Origin: the human T2T-CHM13v2.0 reference genome, Homo sapiens
Strand: one strand, 5' to 3'
Length of the DNA: 64,000 bases
NCBI RefSeq assembly: GCF_009914755.1
Contig: NC_060929.1
The translations under genes and the position numbers were made by a program. The notes below the pieces were generated by a model that worked only from the letters and a program-made list of their open reading frames with translations, was not told where the DNA came from and searched no databases. Positions 38,761 to 51,904 of the stretch are shown here, in pieces (the first letter of the stretch is position 1; the number at the start of each line of letters is the position of its first letter).

Positions 38761-39614
38761 AACTTATTATTTTTGTGTAGGGAAAATGCCTGAAACCATT
38801 CAAAATTTAAGATAATTGTATAAATCTAGAATAAAGTAACTGTTTTTATTCTGTCTCTTTAAGACAAAATGAAAACTAAGTTGGACATTTTGTGGATCTT
38901 TAACAGAAGAGGGATTAAGCAACCCCAGATTAAAGAATATAAATCCATTTCATAATATTCAAGATGGTTTTATAACTCATTTGAATATTTGTAGGTTTAT
39001 GAGAAAAGCACAAATATAAGAATTTTAATTTTTTTCTATTAAAATCAACAAGGATTAGAGATAGCAATATTCTAAGGAACTTACATAAGTCATGTTTTTG
39101 AGATTTCTCCACTTAAAAGTTTTCTGAGCATTCCTTAATGTATTTTATCAGGAATCAAGCATTAAGTAGATCTGCAACAAGACTGACCATATGCTTTTTA
39201 CCATGGATCAAACTGCTGAACTCAGTAATAATAGTAATGGAAACTAGTGGCTGCTAGAGAGTAATTATATTTAACATACATATTTATATTCTCTTATTTG
39301 TATGATCATTCTCAAAAGTTTAACTTTGCCAAACTCATTTAATTACATCTTTTTCTTTTATATTTTAGCTATAAAGTTAGATTCATCTTATTTATTTCAT
39401 GACACAAATAACAAGTTGTAGAAGCATATTTTTGCTATTGCCATTTTCTATGTAAACTCTGTGATATTGGATAATGACTCTTATTTCTACCACTGGGTAT
39501 CTTGAAATATTTTTTAAGTCTTTAATCTCTTTTGCTTGCTTGCTCTTTTTCTCTTTGTGTGTGTTCTCTTCTTTTGTTAGAAATTAGAAAAATAACCTCT
39601 CACTTTGATGACAA

Positions 39615-39642
39615 TTTTTTTTATTTTTATTTTATTTTATTT

Positions 39643-39675
<33 letters not shown>

Positions 39676-39953
39676 GACAGAGTCTTGCTCTGTCTCCCCA
39701 GGCTGGATGCAGTGGTGCGATCTTGGCTCACTGCAGCCTCTGCCTCCTGTGTTCAAATGATTCTTCTGCCTCAGCCTCCAGGGTAGCTGGATTATGAAGC
39801 CCACCACCTCTCCTGGCTAGTTTTTGTATTTTTAATAGAGATGGGGTTTTGTCATGTTGACCAGGGTGGTCTGGAACTCCTGACCTCAAGTGATCTGCTC
39901 ACCTCAACCTCCCAAATTGCTGGGATTATAGGCATGAGCCACCACACCCAGCC
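39615..39953 (-). mobile_element. AluS (Sx/Sz-like) with (TTTA)n tail
   Basis: Full dimer, CTCCTGACCTCAAGTGATC. Confidence 0.94.
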
Positions 39954-40064
39954 CCATTAATTTATTTACATTTAATCTGGCGTCTTTGCTCCCTCATATC
40001 ATCTTTCCTAAAATTAATTAGTTATTGTAGGAAACTCAGTATATAGATTTGAAAGTTTAAAACT

Positions 40065-40143
40065 TTTCCTTCTTTCCCTCCTTCCTTCCTTCCTTCCTTC
40101 CCTCCTTCCCTCCTTCCCTCCTTCCCCCCTGCCTTCCTTCCTT
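40065..40143. repeat. (CCTT)n polypyrimidine microsatellite
   Basis: Seen directly. Confidence 0.9.
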
Positions 40144-40380
40144 TATACTCTATCTATCCTGTCCATACCATTAATATAAACTGCCACTATGCCAGGTTTT
40201 ATAAACTATAGTTTTAAGGCCAACATTTTTTTTTTAAATGACTGAAATTATAGTTTCTTACCAGAATTATTTCAGAGGAGACACTAAACATATATAGGGA
40301 GTTTTGATCAATATTAATTTTACTAAGAAATTTGTACAGACCTAATGGATGAAAATATAAATATCAGGTTCAATTTGACT

Positions 40381-40673
40381 TTTCTTTTTTTGAAACGGGG
40401 TCTTGCTCTGTTGCCCAGGGTGGAGTACGGTGGTGTGATGTAGGCTCATTGCGACCTGTGCCCGCCTGGGTTCAAGAGATTCTCATGTCTCAGCCTTCCA
40501 AGTAGCTGGGATTACAGGCGTACACCACCACACCTGGTTAATTTTTGTACTTTAGTAGACAAGGGATTTTTCCATGTTGACCAGGCTAGTTTGGAACTCC
40601 TGACCTCAAGTGATCCTCCCGCCTCAGCCTCCGAAAATGCTGGGATTACATGCGTGAGCCACTGCACCCGGCC
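40381..40673 (-). mobile_element. AluS (Sx/Sz-like)
   Basis: Full dimer. TSD AATTTGACTT(T/GT)TCTTTT at 40372 and 40675. Confidence 0.94.
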
Positions 40674-40799
40674 GAATTTGACTTGTTCTTTTAGTGTGCT
40701 TTGTATTATATCTTTGGTATTCAATGGAGTTTGCTTACTCTGAATTTTGGGGTCATTATTCCTAAATTCTGTTTTTTGATTCTATACAAATTCAGGAAA

Positions 40800-41080
40800 G
40801 CATATAGCACAGTGGCTTAGAAGATACACTTTAATATCAAACAAGAGATGATTTGACTCTTGAATCTGGTATTCACAAAGTACCAAAACGTTATTAATGT
40901 CTCTAAATGTCTCCTATGAATGCATATAATAATAATTCTCTAAAGTTCTCCTATGAATGCATATAATAATTCTCTTTATCACTGAGAATTCTTGCAAGAT
41001 TTAAATGAGATAATATGTGAGAAATCTTAGGCTACCCCATAATAAGTCTTCATGTATGTTGGTTACCATCGTTATTATTC
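40800..41080 (+). mobile_element. MIR with an internal ~38-bp tandem duplication
   Basis: GCATATAGCACAGTGGCTTAGAAG...AAGATTTAAATGAGATAATATGTG; CTCCTATGAATGCATATAATAAT occurs twice. Confidence 0.75.
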
Positions 41081-44000
41081 CGATTACAGGTTTTGCTTTT
41101 TGAGTAATTACTTTTCTCCCTGTTGCTCCCCCAAATTTTATTATAAAATATTTCAAACACCGAAAATTTGAAAGATGTTCCCAATGAACATTTAAGTACT
41201 GGCAGCCTCATTTCTACTATTAACAATTTACTATCCATCTAAGCACATCTATGTTCATTCATTAACTTATCTCATATTTTAATTTATTCCAAAGTAAATT
41301 ACAGATATTAGTACACTTCTCAGAAACACTTCAGTGTACATTTCATTAACTAGGTCTCACTATTTCTTTTTACATTTTTTGTTGTGGTATCATTTACATA
41401 CAACAAATCACACAGATCTTAAGTATACCACTCGATGACTTTTTGCAAATGCACACACCTGTGTAACTCAAACCCCTCTCAAAATGTAAAATGCCGCCAT
41501 CATTCCAAAAAGTGTCGTCATGTCCATTCTCAGTCTGTTCTGGCCACTAATCCTGCCCCTAGAGAAAAACACTATTTTGATTTTTTTTTACTATAATACA
41601 GAATTTCATAATAACGAAAGCATATAGAATGTATATTTTTGTACGTGCTTGTGTCAGGAAGATATTAGCCATTGTGTTCTAAAACATATGTAGTTTTTTA
41701 TGTTTAAGTCTATTACCTCAATTTAGTTTCTAGTTGTGATAAATTTTTTTCCTATATGAATTTCCAGTTGTTACAATGTCACTTGTTGAAAAGACTTTTC
41801 TTTCTTAATTGGGATTGCTCTTACACCCTTGTTGAAAATCAAATGACATCAATTTGGTCTATTTCTGGGTTCTGTATTACATTGAATTGGTATATTTGTA
41901 AATTCTTAGGCTGGTAACATGTTGTATTGCTTTTGTGTCTTTATAATATTTCTTGAAGTATAGAAAGTGTAAGTCCTTAAATATGGTTCTTTTTATAAAC
42001 AATTGTTTTAGACAGTCTAGATTATTTGCATGTCCACACGCATTTTAGAAACAGCTTTTCAATTTCTACCAAAAAACGTGGGAAATCTTTCAATAGGTTG
42101 CATCGAATTTATGGGGTCTCTTAGGAAAAAGCAGTCTCTGAATAACACTGAGTCTTTCAATACATGGGTATTTTTCATATCTCCATTCATTTGCTACTCT
42201 TCAATTTTTTCTCAATATTAAAAAAATATAGAACAGGTTTGCAGTACATCTGTTGCTAAGTTTATTCTTTGGTATTTTGTTTGGTTATTTTTAAATTTCA
42301 TATTTTAATGGCATATGCCAAAGTATAAAAATAAAATTTATTTGTGTATATTACTTTATACCCAGGATTACTAAATTTACTTAATAGTTCTAGTAGAGGA
42401 TTTATCTTCTTTTTAGGATTTCTGTTAAAATTTCTGTAATCTGCAAATAGAGACATCTTCCTTTCTTCCTCCATCCTTCCCTCCCTTCCTTCTTTAGCCT
42501 TTCCCCCCACTTCTCCCTCTCTTTCTTTTCTCCTCCTTTCTTCCTCTCTCTCTAATATTAATGATTTTTCTCGCATTCCTTGTTTTATTACAATGGATGG
42601 AATCTACAGTGCATTATGGAATAAAAATATTCCATATCTTAAGGGTATAGTGTTCAATATCTCAAATTAAGTGCAATGTTGATTGTAAATATATTGTACC
42701 ATATCAGACTTAGAAAGTTCCTTTTTTTTTCTATTTGCTAAGAGACCTAATCAAGATTGAGGGTTGAGAATTCTCAAAGACTTTTAATGTACATATTGAA
42801 ATTCTCATATGGTTTTTCTCCTTTATTCTTGACCGATACTTAATCTTGATTTGCTGACAAGTGGTAAATCAAACTTACAAATCTTATTAGGTTATAATGT
42901 ATTATTTATTTTATGTATTGCTTGAGTTCATTTGATAATTATTAAAGTTTTAAAAAATCTATGAGGTAAATTGGTCTGTATTTTAAAAATTTTCTAATAT
43001 CTTTATGAGATTTGTAGTTATGATGACTTCTTATGAAGTCATTTTATAATAAATGGGGAAGTATTCCCTTTTTCTCTCTTCAGTAGTAGTTTTTGTAAGT
43101 TTGATGTTGTTTTTCTCTTAAATAATTGACAAAATTCACCATTAAAACCTCTGGGCTGAAGTTTTCTTTCTTTATGATGATAATAAGTTCAACTCTTAAA
43201 TACATATTGAACTACTGAAATTTTCTATTTTATCATGTGTCAGATTTGCTAAAAACATTTTTAAAAGAAATGTGTTCATTTTATATATAAGATTTTGAAT
43301 TTTTATTGTAAAATATTGATACTATTATTTTATAATCCTTTTTATTTCTATTAGGAATTTTAATGATTTACCTCTTTCATTCCTGACATGGGTTAGTTTA
43401 TATTATCTCCCTTCCCTCTCTTCTCTTCTTTCTCTCTCTCTTTTCTTATCCAGTCGAGTTAGGGCTTGTTTATTTTGTCAATTTTTTAAGTAGCTAGTTT
43501 TCTTAATTTTCTCCATATTTGTTGTTGTGTTTAATTAGTGATGTTTATATTATTATTATTTCCTTCTTATATTTAGCAATAACATTTTTTGGTTCTTTTT
43601 CTGTCTTCTTAAAGAGAAAGATCATCTTTCTTCTTTTGTAATGTGATAAAATAGGGCTATAAATTTCTAAGTGCTCATTCAACTACAAGCCACCCGTTTT
43701 ATGTTGTATTTCATTTTCACTAAACACAAAATACACTTTAATTTTATCTTAATTTCTTCTTTGGCCTAGAAATTATTTAAAATTATGTTGCTTAATTTTC
43801 AAGTAGTTTGTCTTTTTAAAGATATTTTATTGTTGTTGCTTTCTAAATTACTCTTATCATCAACAGAATATGTTATATATAATTTCAATCTTTCCAAATT
43901 TATTTACACTTTATTTCCTAGTGTATGTTCTATCTTGATAAGTGTACAATGAGCACTTGAAAATAATAGTTACTCTACTTCACCATTGTAGAGTTCCATA

Positions 44001-44968
44001 AATATCAATTCATGGTATTTGTGTTATTCTGCTTTGCAACATCTTTTCTGATTTGCTTCTAGATTTCTTTTCCACAATTTATGTGAGAGTGATGTTAAAT
44101 TATCCAGCAATAAATGAGGAATTATGTACCTCTTTCTTTCTTACTGTCAATTTTTGCTTTGTGAATTGAAGCTCTTGTAATAGGTAAATACATTTACAAT
44201 ACCTTATCTTCCTGATGCATAAAACATTTTATCATTATACAATGTTCCTTTTTGTCACTGGACATTCTCTTTGATAATCTTGTGCCTAGTATTAGTATAG
44301 GCATAGACATTTGTGACTATCATTTATATGATAAATACTTTTTTGCCCATTTTTTTCACTCAGCCTGTTTCTTTATATTTAAAGTGCATCATTCTAACAA
44401 CACATAGTTGAGATTTATTTTTCACTTACCTGTGCAATCTAGGCTTTTTATTGGTCTTTTTATGCATTAATGTTTAAAGTAAATTTTATATTTTTAATTT
44501 ATGTTTATTTTGTTTCATATTTTCCATTTTTCATACATTTTTCTTCTGCTTTTGTTTAGAGTATTTGAAATATATGTTTCTATTTAACACTCTTCATTAT
44601 TTTTTAGTAGTTACTTTAGAGATTACTCTATGCAGTTTATAATTTTCTTGATCTATTGAGAATTAAAATTTTAACATCATACATATAATATGAAAGCTTG
44701 GTAGTATTGTAGGTCCTATGCTTTTTATTTTATAGTGTTATGGTTTTTATCCTCATATGATATATAGCCCACTTCAATAGCCTTTGTTCCTTCCTGAACA
44801 CATTAATTTCCACCTGCTCTCATGTCATTTCAATCTAAAGAACTTCCTTTAAGATGTCTTGTAATATAAGTCTGCTGCCAACAAATTTGATGGTTTTTTA
44901 TCTATGAGTATCTTGATTTCATTTTTATTTTTGAAAAATATTTTCCCTTGGTATAGAATTCTGCCTTG

Positions 44969-44974
<6 letters not shown>

Positions 44975-45006
<32 letters not shown>

Positions 45007-45027
45007 TGTGTGTGTTTGTGTGTGTTT
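44975..45027. repeat. (TG)n microsatellite
   Basis: Seen directly. Confidence 0.95.
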
Positions 45028-45419
45028 GTATTCTGCACTTCAGTGGTGGTGTTTCACTCTCTACTGGTCTCAATTGTTATTGATGAGAAGTTGATTGTCC
45101 TTTAAAACATTATTTCTCTGCATGCTATAGGATTTCACAAGCAAATGTCTTGGCATTTTTTGTTTTCTCTGGTATTTGTTATTGTTGTTGGTAGCGGCAG
45201 TGCTGATGCTGCTACTACTGCTTCTTTTTCTTCTCTTTCTCCTTCTTTTTCTTCTTGTCCTTCTCCTATTTCCCTGCTCCTCCTCCTTTCTTCTTTCTTA
45301 GCCTTCACTCTTCCTCGTCTTCATGTTTGAGCTCTCTTTTTCAACCCATGTGATTGTTTCATCATCAAGCTCACTCCTTAATCTTTAATATTTCATCTTT
45401 ACTCAGCTGGCCAGCCCAT

Positions 45420-45877
45420 TGCATTAGTTTTACATTGATTATCTTACAGTATGTAGTTTAGAAGTCTATCAGGGATCTCTCTGTGCTAATATCAAGGTGT
45501 CTTCAGAGTTGGATTTCTTTCTGGAGCTTCTAGGGAGAAATCTGTTTACTTCTGTCTTCCAGCTTCTAGAAATCACTTCTTTGGTTTATGATGTCCTTCT
45601 TCCATCTTTAAAGTCAGCAATAGTGGGTAGAGTCATCTCTCTGACCTCCTCCATAGCAACGTCTTCCTCTCTAATCTTATCATTTATTTCCTTCTTCTAC
45701 TTTGAAATATTCTTCTGATTACAATAGGGCCACCCAGATGATCCAACACAATCTCCAAATTTCAGAATCTCTCCTCTTAATCATATTTGCAAGCTTCCTT
45801 TTGTCATGTAAAATAGCATATTCTCTGGCCCTGGAGACTGGGATGTGGAGACCTTTGGAGGATATATGCCACCTACA
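45420..45877 (-). mobile_element. MaLR LTR (MLT1D-like) nested in L1
   Basis: ATCAAGGTGTC...CTGGAGCTTCTAGGGAGAAATCTGTT...GGGCCACCCAGATGATCCA...GGATGTGGAGACCTTTGG. Confidence 0.82.
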
Positions 45878-46469
45878 ATCAGTGAAATTTTTACATCATA
45901 TACTTAATCTCTTTGTTTTAAAATTTCCATTTGGATTTTTAACATGGTTCATTTTTCTACTGGAATTTCTATATTTTCACTGATGAGCATATGCTCTTTT
46001 CTTCAAAAATCATAGTTACAACAACTACCTTTAAATTCTTATCTACTAATTCCAATGCTTGTGGTTTATTGCTACATATTGCAATTTCCTTTGTGATTGA
46101 ATCATATTTTCTTATTTCCTTATATGTTAAGTAATTTTAGGATGTGTGAATGTTTATTTTTTAGGTGTCAAGATGATCGGATTAAGGGACACCCAGATAC
46201 CCAGTAAAGCATCGTTTCTGGGTATTTCTGTGAGGATGTTTCCAGAGGAGATTGTCATTTGAATCAGTGGATTGAGTAAGGAAGATCTGCTCGAAACCCA
46301 ATGTGAGTGGCACCGTCCAACTGGCTGAGGGCCTGGATAGAACAAAAAGACAGAAGAATACAAATTCTGCTCATGTTTTTTGAAATAACATTCCTTTTTT
46401 GATCCTTGACCATCATAACTCCAGGTTACCCAGTCCTGGGACTCCAGGACTTATATCAGTGGTCCTAAA

Positions 46470-47700
46470 GGTACCTATGATCAGTTGATTGAGGAAAAGA
46501 AGATTTGAAGCTGGTTTCCAGATGATTCTACATGATATGTAGGTATCATCTGAAAGTGCACAGATGCAACCCTCATTTATAAGACATCTCTGAAGGGCAG
46601 TGGTGAAGGAGAATATTTTCAGTGGGCAGAATTTCCAGAAGTGCACCTGGTTGTGTACTTTGCTTGAATGAAGAATTGGGCATATGTGCAGTTATATACC
46701 AATTCATGCACTGCAGTCAACAGCTTGGCTTGAGGGTAAGGAACTTGGAAGGACCATGATTAAAAAATTGGTGACAAAGAAATTTGGGAAAGAAATATAT
46801 GTATAAACTTCTATGAATATTCAAAGAATACAGATATTTGTTTCCCATGTAAGTGTTCACCAAAGGGAGGCCTCAGGAGAATATTTTAATAATCAAGCTG
46901 ACTTGATTATTAAATAATAATCAAATATAATAATAGGCTGACTCATTCTGTGGAGACCACTCAGCCACTTATTCCTGTCACCCTTGTCATTGCCTAAAAA
47001 TCTTATGGAAAAAGTTGTCATAGTGGCAGAAATGGAGGTTATGCCTGGGCTCAGAAACATGAACTTTTCACCAAGGCTGACAATTTTGGGTGCCCTATGG
47101 TTATGGCAATTTTGGGTGCCCAACCCTGCCAGCAACAGAAACCAACATTGAGCCTCTGATAAAGAATCATTCCTTGGAGTGATCAGCCAGCTAACTGATG
47201 GCAGATCAATACATTGAACCCCTTCTCTCATGGAACTGGCATTATTTTGTCATTACCGAAATAATACTTACTGTGGATATGGATTTGGCTTCCGTACATG
47301 CAATGCTTATGCCAAAATTACCATTCATAGACTCACAGGGTCCCTTATCCACTGTCATAGTATTACACACAGAATTGCTTCTAACCAAGGAACTCACCTC
47401 ACAAACAAGGAAGTAAAACAAGGGATTCATGCTCATGGAATTCACTGGTCTTACTGTGTTCTTGTTCATCCTAGAGCAGCCGACTGAAGAGCCATGGAAC
47501 GGCCTCTTGAAGATGCAGTTACAGGGCCAGCTAGGTATCAAGCCCTTTCAGGGTGGGGCAAGATTCTCAGAAGGCCATATATGCTTTGAATCAGTGTCCA
47601 ATTTATGGTATTGTTTCTTTCATAGCCAGAATTCACAGGTTAGAAATCAAGGGGTGAAAATAACAGTGGCACTACTCACCATTTTACCTAGTGACTCACT
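46470..47700 (+). pseudogene. pol: Degenerate HERV-L pol (RNase H and integrase)
   Basis: Remnants of YDQL..E...WF.D, and the translated stretch RIASNQGTHLTNKEVKQGIHAHGIHWSY followed by WNGLLK (integrase core). Disrupted by stops and frameshifts. Confidence 0.88.
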
Positions 47701-47739
47701 AGCAAAATCCTTCTTGCTGTTCCTGGAACTTATGCTCTG

Positions 47740-48050
47740 CTAGCTTAGAGGTCTTAGTTCCAGAGGGAGAAATGCTTCTACCAGGAGACACAAAAATATG
47801 CCAAAACACTTAATCATAAGACCGCCACTCAGCTACTTTGGGCTCCTCATGCCTCTGAGTAAAAGGGCTAAGAAGGGAGTTACAGTATTGGAGGGGGTGA
47901 TTAATTCAGACTATCAAGGGAAATTGGTCTATTACTGCACAATGGAGGTAAGGAGGAGAATATCTGAAATACAGGAGACAATTTAAGGTGTCTGTCTATA
48001 TTATCATGCCTTATGATTAAGTTCAGTTGGAAAATACAACAAACCAATTT
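47740..48050 (+). pseudogene. Degenerate HERV-L dUTPase
   Basis: LEVLVPEG-like start and KKGVTVLEGVINSDYQGK (dUTPase motif 3, GVIDxDYxG) downstream of integrase, the ERV-L arrangement. Confidence 0.8.
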
Positions 48051-48260
48051 GTTTGCTGTATTTCAGAAATGAAAATTTGGGTCACCCTGTCACATAAAGA
48101 ACCACACCCAGCTGAGGCGCTTATTAAAGGCAAAGGGAATACAGAATGGATATTAGAAGAAGGCAGTTAGAAATACAAACTACAACCATGTGGCCAGTTA
48201 TAGACACAAGGACTGTAATTGCCATGAGTATTTTCTCCCTTTTTCGTCAGTAATACATTT

Positions 48261-48261
48261 A

Positions 48262-48296
<35 letters not shown>

Positions 48297-48321
48297 GTAT
48301 ATATGTGTGTGTGTGTGTGTC
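48261..48321. repeat. (TG)n(TA)n(TG)n compound microsatellite
   Basis: About 60 bp of uninterrupted purine/pyrimidine alternation. Confidence 0.95.
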
Positions 48322-50094
48322 TATATAGACATTTATGAAACAGATATCTTTGTTTTCTTTTCTCTCTTATTCCCTTATGTAACATAAAATGTATGGAGTT
48401 TATATCAATATTTAAGTAATGTTAATTTTACATCATAGTATTTAAGTTATGGAATTTCAGGGAAAGCATAAATATCACACAAGGACTTTACCTCCTTTTA
48501 TAGGGAGGGGATTAATGCATTTATGGGTGTACACAGAATGGTTGCATCATTACAGGAAGAACTATGACTTTGTTACTTTATTTAGAGATTAAGTATGATC
48601 TAAGCAGATGGATATGGGTGCCAAGTTGACAAAAGTTGGACTTGTTATCATTAATTTTAGATGTCAACTTGACTGAATTAAGTAATACCCAGAGAGCTGG
48701 TACAGCATTATTTCTGGATAATATAAGGGTGTCTTTTAGAGAAGATTGGCATTTGAATCAGCACACTGGCTAAGAAATATACCTTCACCCAATGTGGGCA
48801 GGCACCATCCAACCAACTAAACAAAAAGCCAGAAGGTGAATTGTGTACTTTCTTCTAGACCTAAGAAATCCTTCTTATTCTTCCTTTGGACATTAGAATT
48901 CCAGTTGTCCAGCTTTGGGGCTCAAAGACTTTCACCAGCAGGCCCTGCTCCCATGTTCTCAAGCCTTTAGCCTAAGACTGAGAGTTATACCATTGGGCTC
49001 CCTGGTTTAGAGGCTTCTGGGCTTTAAATATCCATGCTTCCAGCTCCCTGTTTCTTCATCTTACAGTTGGTCTATTGTGGGACTCTTCAGCCTCCATAAC
49101 TGCATTTGCCAATTTCCCTAATAAATCCTCTCTCATCTATTTATCTGTCTAATCTCCTATTGGTTCTATTTCTCTGGAGAACCCTGATTAACACAGGGTG
49201 TTTCTTGGACATTTTAAATGCTGTGTTTTGAAGAATCTGAATTCTGTCATATTTCTCCAGTGTTGATTTTTGTGTGTTGGTTTGCTTTAGCAGACAACTA
49301 ATTTGATTGAAATTAAAGTTCAATCTTTGTCTTTTAGAGAGAAGTTTAAAGAGAAGTTTAAAACTTAATGAAGTTTAAAGAGAAGTTTAAAACTGAATAC
49401 AGTGATACTAGCTTTTGTTGTGCTGCTTATAGTATGCCTGTGCATGTGGGTCATGGGCCAGGCTGAGATTTGAAAATACATTACACACATAATTTTTAAT
49501 TACTTTCCTTCTATTTGTCCTTTTAGGGATTCATCCGTCACTTTAAAGCAGAGTTTTTGTCTCTAATTCTGTTATCTGGTTCTCCAAGGTAAAAATACTG
49601 CAGAATTTTGTCAGAAATTTATTTGCCTTTCAGTCATGAAGACATAATATATAGGTAACTCATCCAGAGTCACCCCCTTCTTCAAAGGGCTGCTCCCTTC
49701 TACCAAGTGTTAACTCCCAATCAAAAATTTTAATTTTTTGACTATCTTTTTTGCCTTTTTTCATTATTATCTTGAACAGAATAAATAGTTCTTATCTGCA
49801 CAAAGACTGGTACAATAGGAACATACTTTTCAGAATAAGAATGTGAGAGGAATGCTGAGACTATAAATTTTATGCTCAAAGTTTTCATTTTTCTTACAAA
49901 TTTATTCTCACTGAATCACAAAAGTTTGGGTAGAAAACATCATTGTCTGCTCAAAGCCTAACTGAAAATCAATTTTTATTTTTACAAAACCCTGAAATAT
50001 TTTTAAAGACATTATTAAACCAAAACACTGATGTGGCTCAATTCAAGCCTGATTTTTTTATTAGACTTTGAAGCCAGGCGTGAATAAAATGTAC

Positions 50095-50625
50095 TTCATT
50101 CATTAACTTATTCATTTAACTAATGTTTATTTAGTTCTACCTATGTGCAATATCTTTAACTGATAATAACACAAACACTACTAAAAATGGCATGGCCCCT
50201 AGAGTTTAACAGAGTAGAAAATGTTCAACAGGGTATAACACAAACAGAAAACTACAAGTATGATAAAAAATATGAAGGAGAGGGGCATGCTGATAAGTGT
50301 ATATATTAGATAAAAATTATTTAGGAATGAAGGCTAGTGTAGGCTTTCCTGAAGAAATAACTATTGAAATAAGATCCAACAGAAAGTAAGATTCAACTAG
50401 ACGAGGATTAGGCACAACAGATGAACAATAGGAGAAAATTTCAGACAAGATAAATAGCCTGGGATGTTCAAGATGGATCTGAAAAGAGGGCAGAGTAGCT
50501 GGAGCACAGAGCAGGAGGTGCAAGCATAATGCGAAATGAGGCTTGCAAGGTAGATAGAGACCAGATAATTCAGGGCCTTGAGGGTCAGGCTAAGAATTTC
50601 AGTCTTTGTCCTTTGATAAATGGAT
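50095..50625 (-). mobile_element. L2 3' region
   Basis: TTCATTCATT...CTACCTATGTGC...GGCTTTCCTGAAGAAATAAC...GACCAGATAATTCAGGGCCTTG. Confidence 0.82.
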
Positions 50626-51904
50626 AACAACAAAGTCCTTGTTTCATATTCTCACAATTGGCTTTCCCGACATTCACAGGTGACAGTATGAGTTTTCTGT
50701 GCTTTTATATAATTAAGAATACACATTTTCCTTACATAAGTCATGTCTGTATTCTAACTAACAGGAATTTTAGTATCATGCATAACAAAATAGAAAAATG
50801 AACATAAAATTCTGCATGGAACACAAAACAAAAGGAAATAGCTGGGCTTTTGTTTCATTTAACAAAGTGTATAGATTGAATGTTGTTGGAAGTGTGGCTA
50901 ATTGTTTGATGCAAGATGTTAAAAAATGAGGTCTTATTTCATTTGGATAATATTTAAAACAAAATTGATTAAGTACACATCTGAACACAATTATGGTATA
51001 TCTAGAAGTACTTAGTGACTGCAATGTTTCTCAAAATCACAGTTCATGAATTCCCTGAGACAGGGCATGTCTTTACCCTGTTAGAAATATTATAAATTAT
51101 GCTTGTCCTTTGGTGGGGTCTCAGAGGAGCAGTCATCATATAGTTATATATTGGCAAACTTGAATTTATTGCAAAGAGTATTTAGCAATATAACTCTTAT
51201 TTTGAAATGCCAGCATAGATACATGAAAATTGCCAATATCTATATTTAAGGACAAACAACAGAATTTATGATTGATAAATAGCTTAGCCCTTTAAGTTCA
51301 TCCAGAGATTTCTTTTAAGTCTGAGGGAAATGTGTACTGTTGAGATGTACCAGATGAAATCCAGCTGTATTCTAATCCCATTTCAATCTATCATCATGAA
51401 AAATATTGACTATTTTTTTCCTTAGACATGCAGCTGTCAACTATTCAACTATGGGTCTAGATTTACATTATAGTTTTATTTCCTACCTATTCATTTTAAT
51501 CTAAAACACTTGTTCCATGAAACAGCTTTTGCTGCCTGAAAAAGGAAAACAGGATGTGCGGTCTCATCAAACCTGTCAATGGATGTGGATGGGCACAGCA
51601 ATAATATTTGCTAAATTCAAGGGGATATATTTCTATTTTGAAGAAATGGTAGAATCACTATACATCTACATGCATTATTAATATCATATTTATCACTTCA
51701 GTAAAAAGATTGCCACTACTTGCCAACAGTTACAAAAATTCACCACCTTTCCTCCACTCCAAAAGCCTATTACACATTCAAGTATTTGCAAAGTGTGTAT
51801 GTGTCACTTAGAAAGCAAGCAAAGTAACAAAAGCCCCTGGGTGGTTCTACAGACTTCAAGATCTTTGAAAAATTTAAAGAGGTTTTATAAACAGTAGCAG
51901 ATAA

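Larger units (their letters stand above)
46145..49195 (+). mobile_element. Internally deleted HERV-L/ERVL provirus with MLT2B/C LTRs (5' LTR 46145-~46470 truncated; 3' LTR 48643-49195)
   Basis: Two homologous MLT2 LTR starts (TTTTAGGTGTCAAG / TTTTAGATGTCAAC). 3' LTR ends CTCTGGAGAACCCTGATTAACACA. TSD GGATG (46140-46144) / GGGTG (49196-49200). Confidence 0.92.
41130..49800 (-). mobile_element. Long ancient L1 (L1ME/L1MD-like), interrupted by MLT1D and HERV-L
   Basis: 3' UTR motifs (CACAGATCTTAAGTATAC...), antisense ORF2 motifs (CACTTGTTGAAAAGAC, TTGTTGAAAATCAAATGAC) and ORF1 motifs (GGTATAGAATTCTG, TGATGAGAAGT). Sequence resumes after 49200. Confidence 0.8.

Noticed and set aside
47198-47986. 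Possible intact or domesticated integrase/dUTPase ORFs
   Set aside because: Split across frames, with stops and catalytic-motif changes (SDQG to SNQG; GVID to GVIN). Treated as decayed.
51065-51074. p53 half-site GGGCATGTCT
   Set aside because: No adjacent second half-site.
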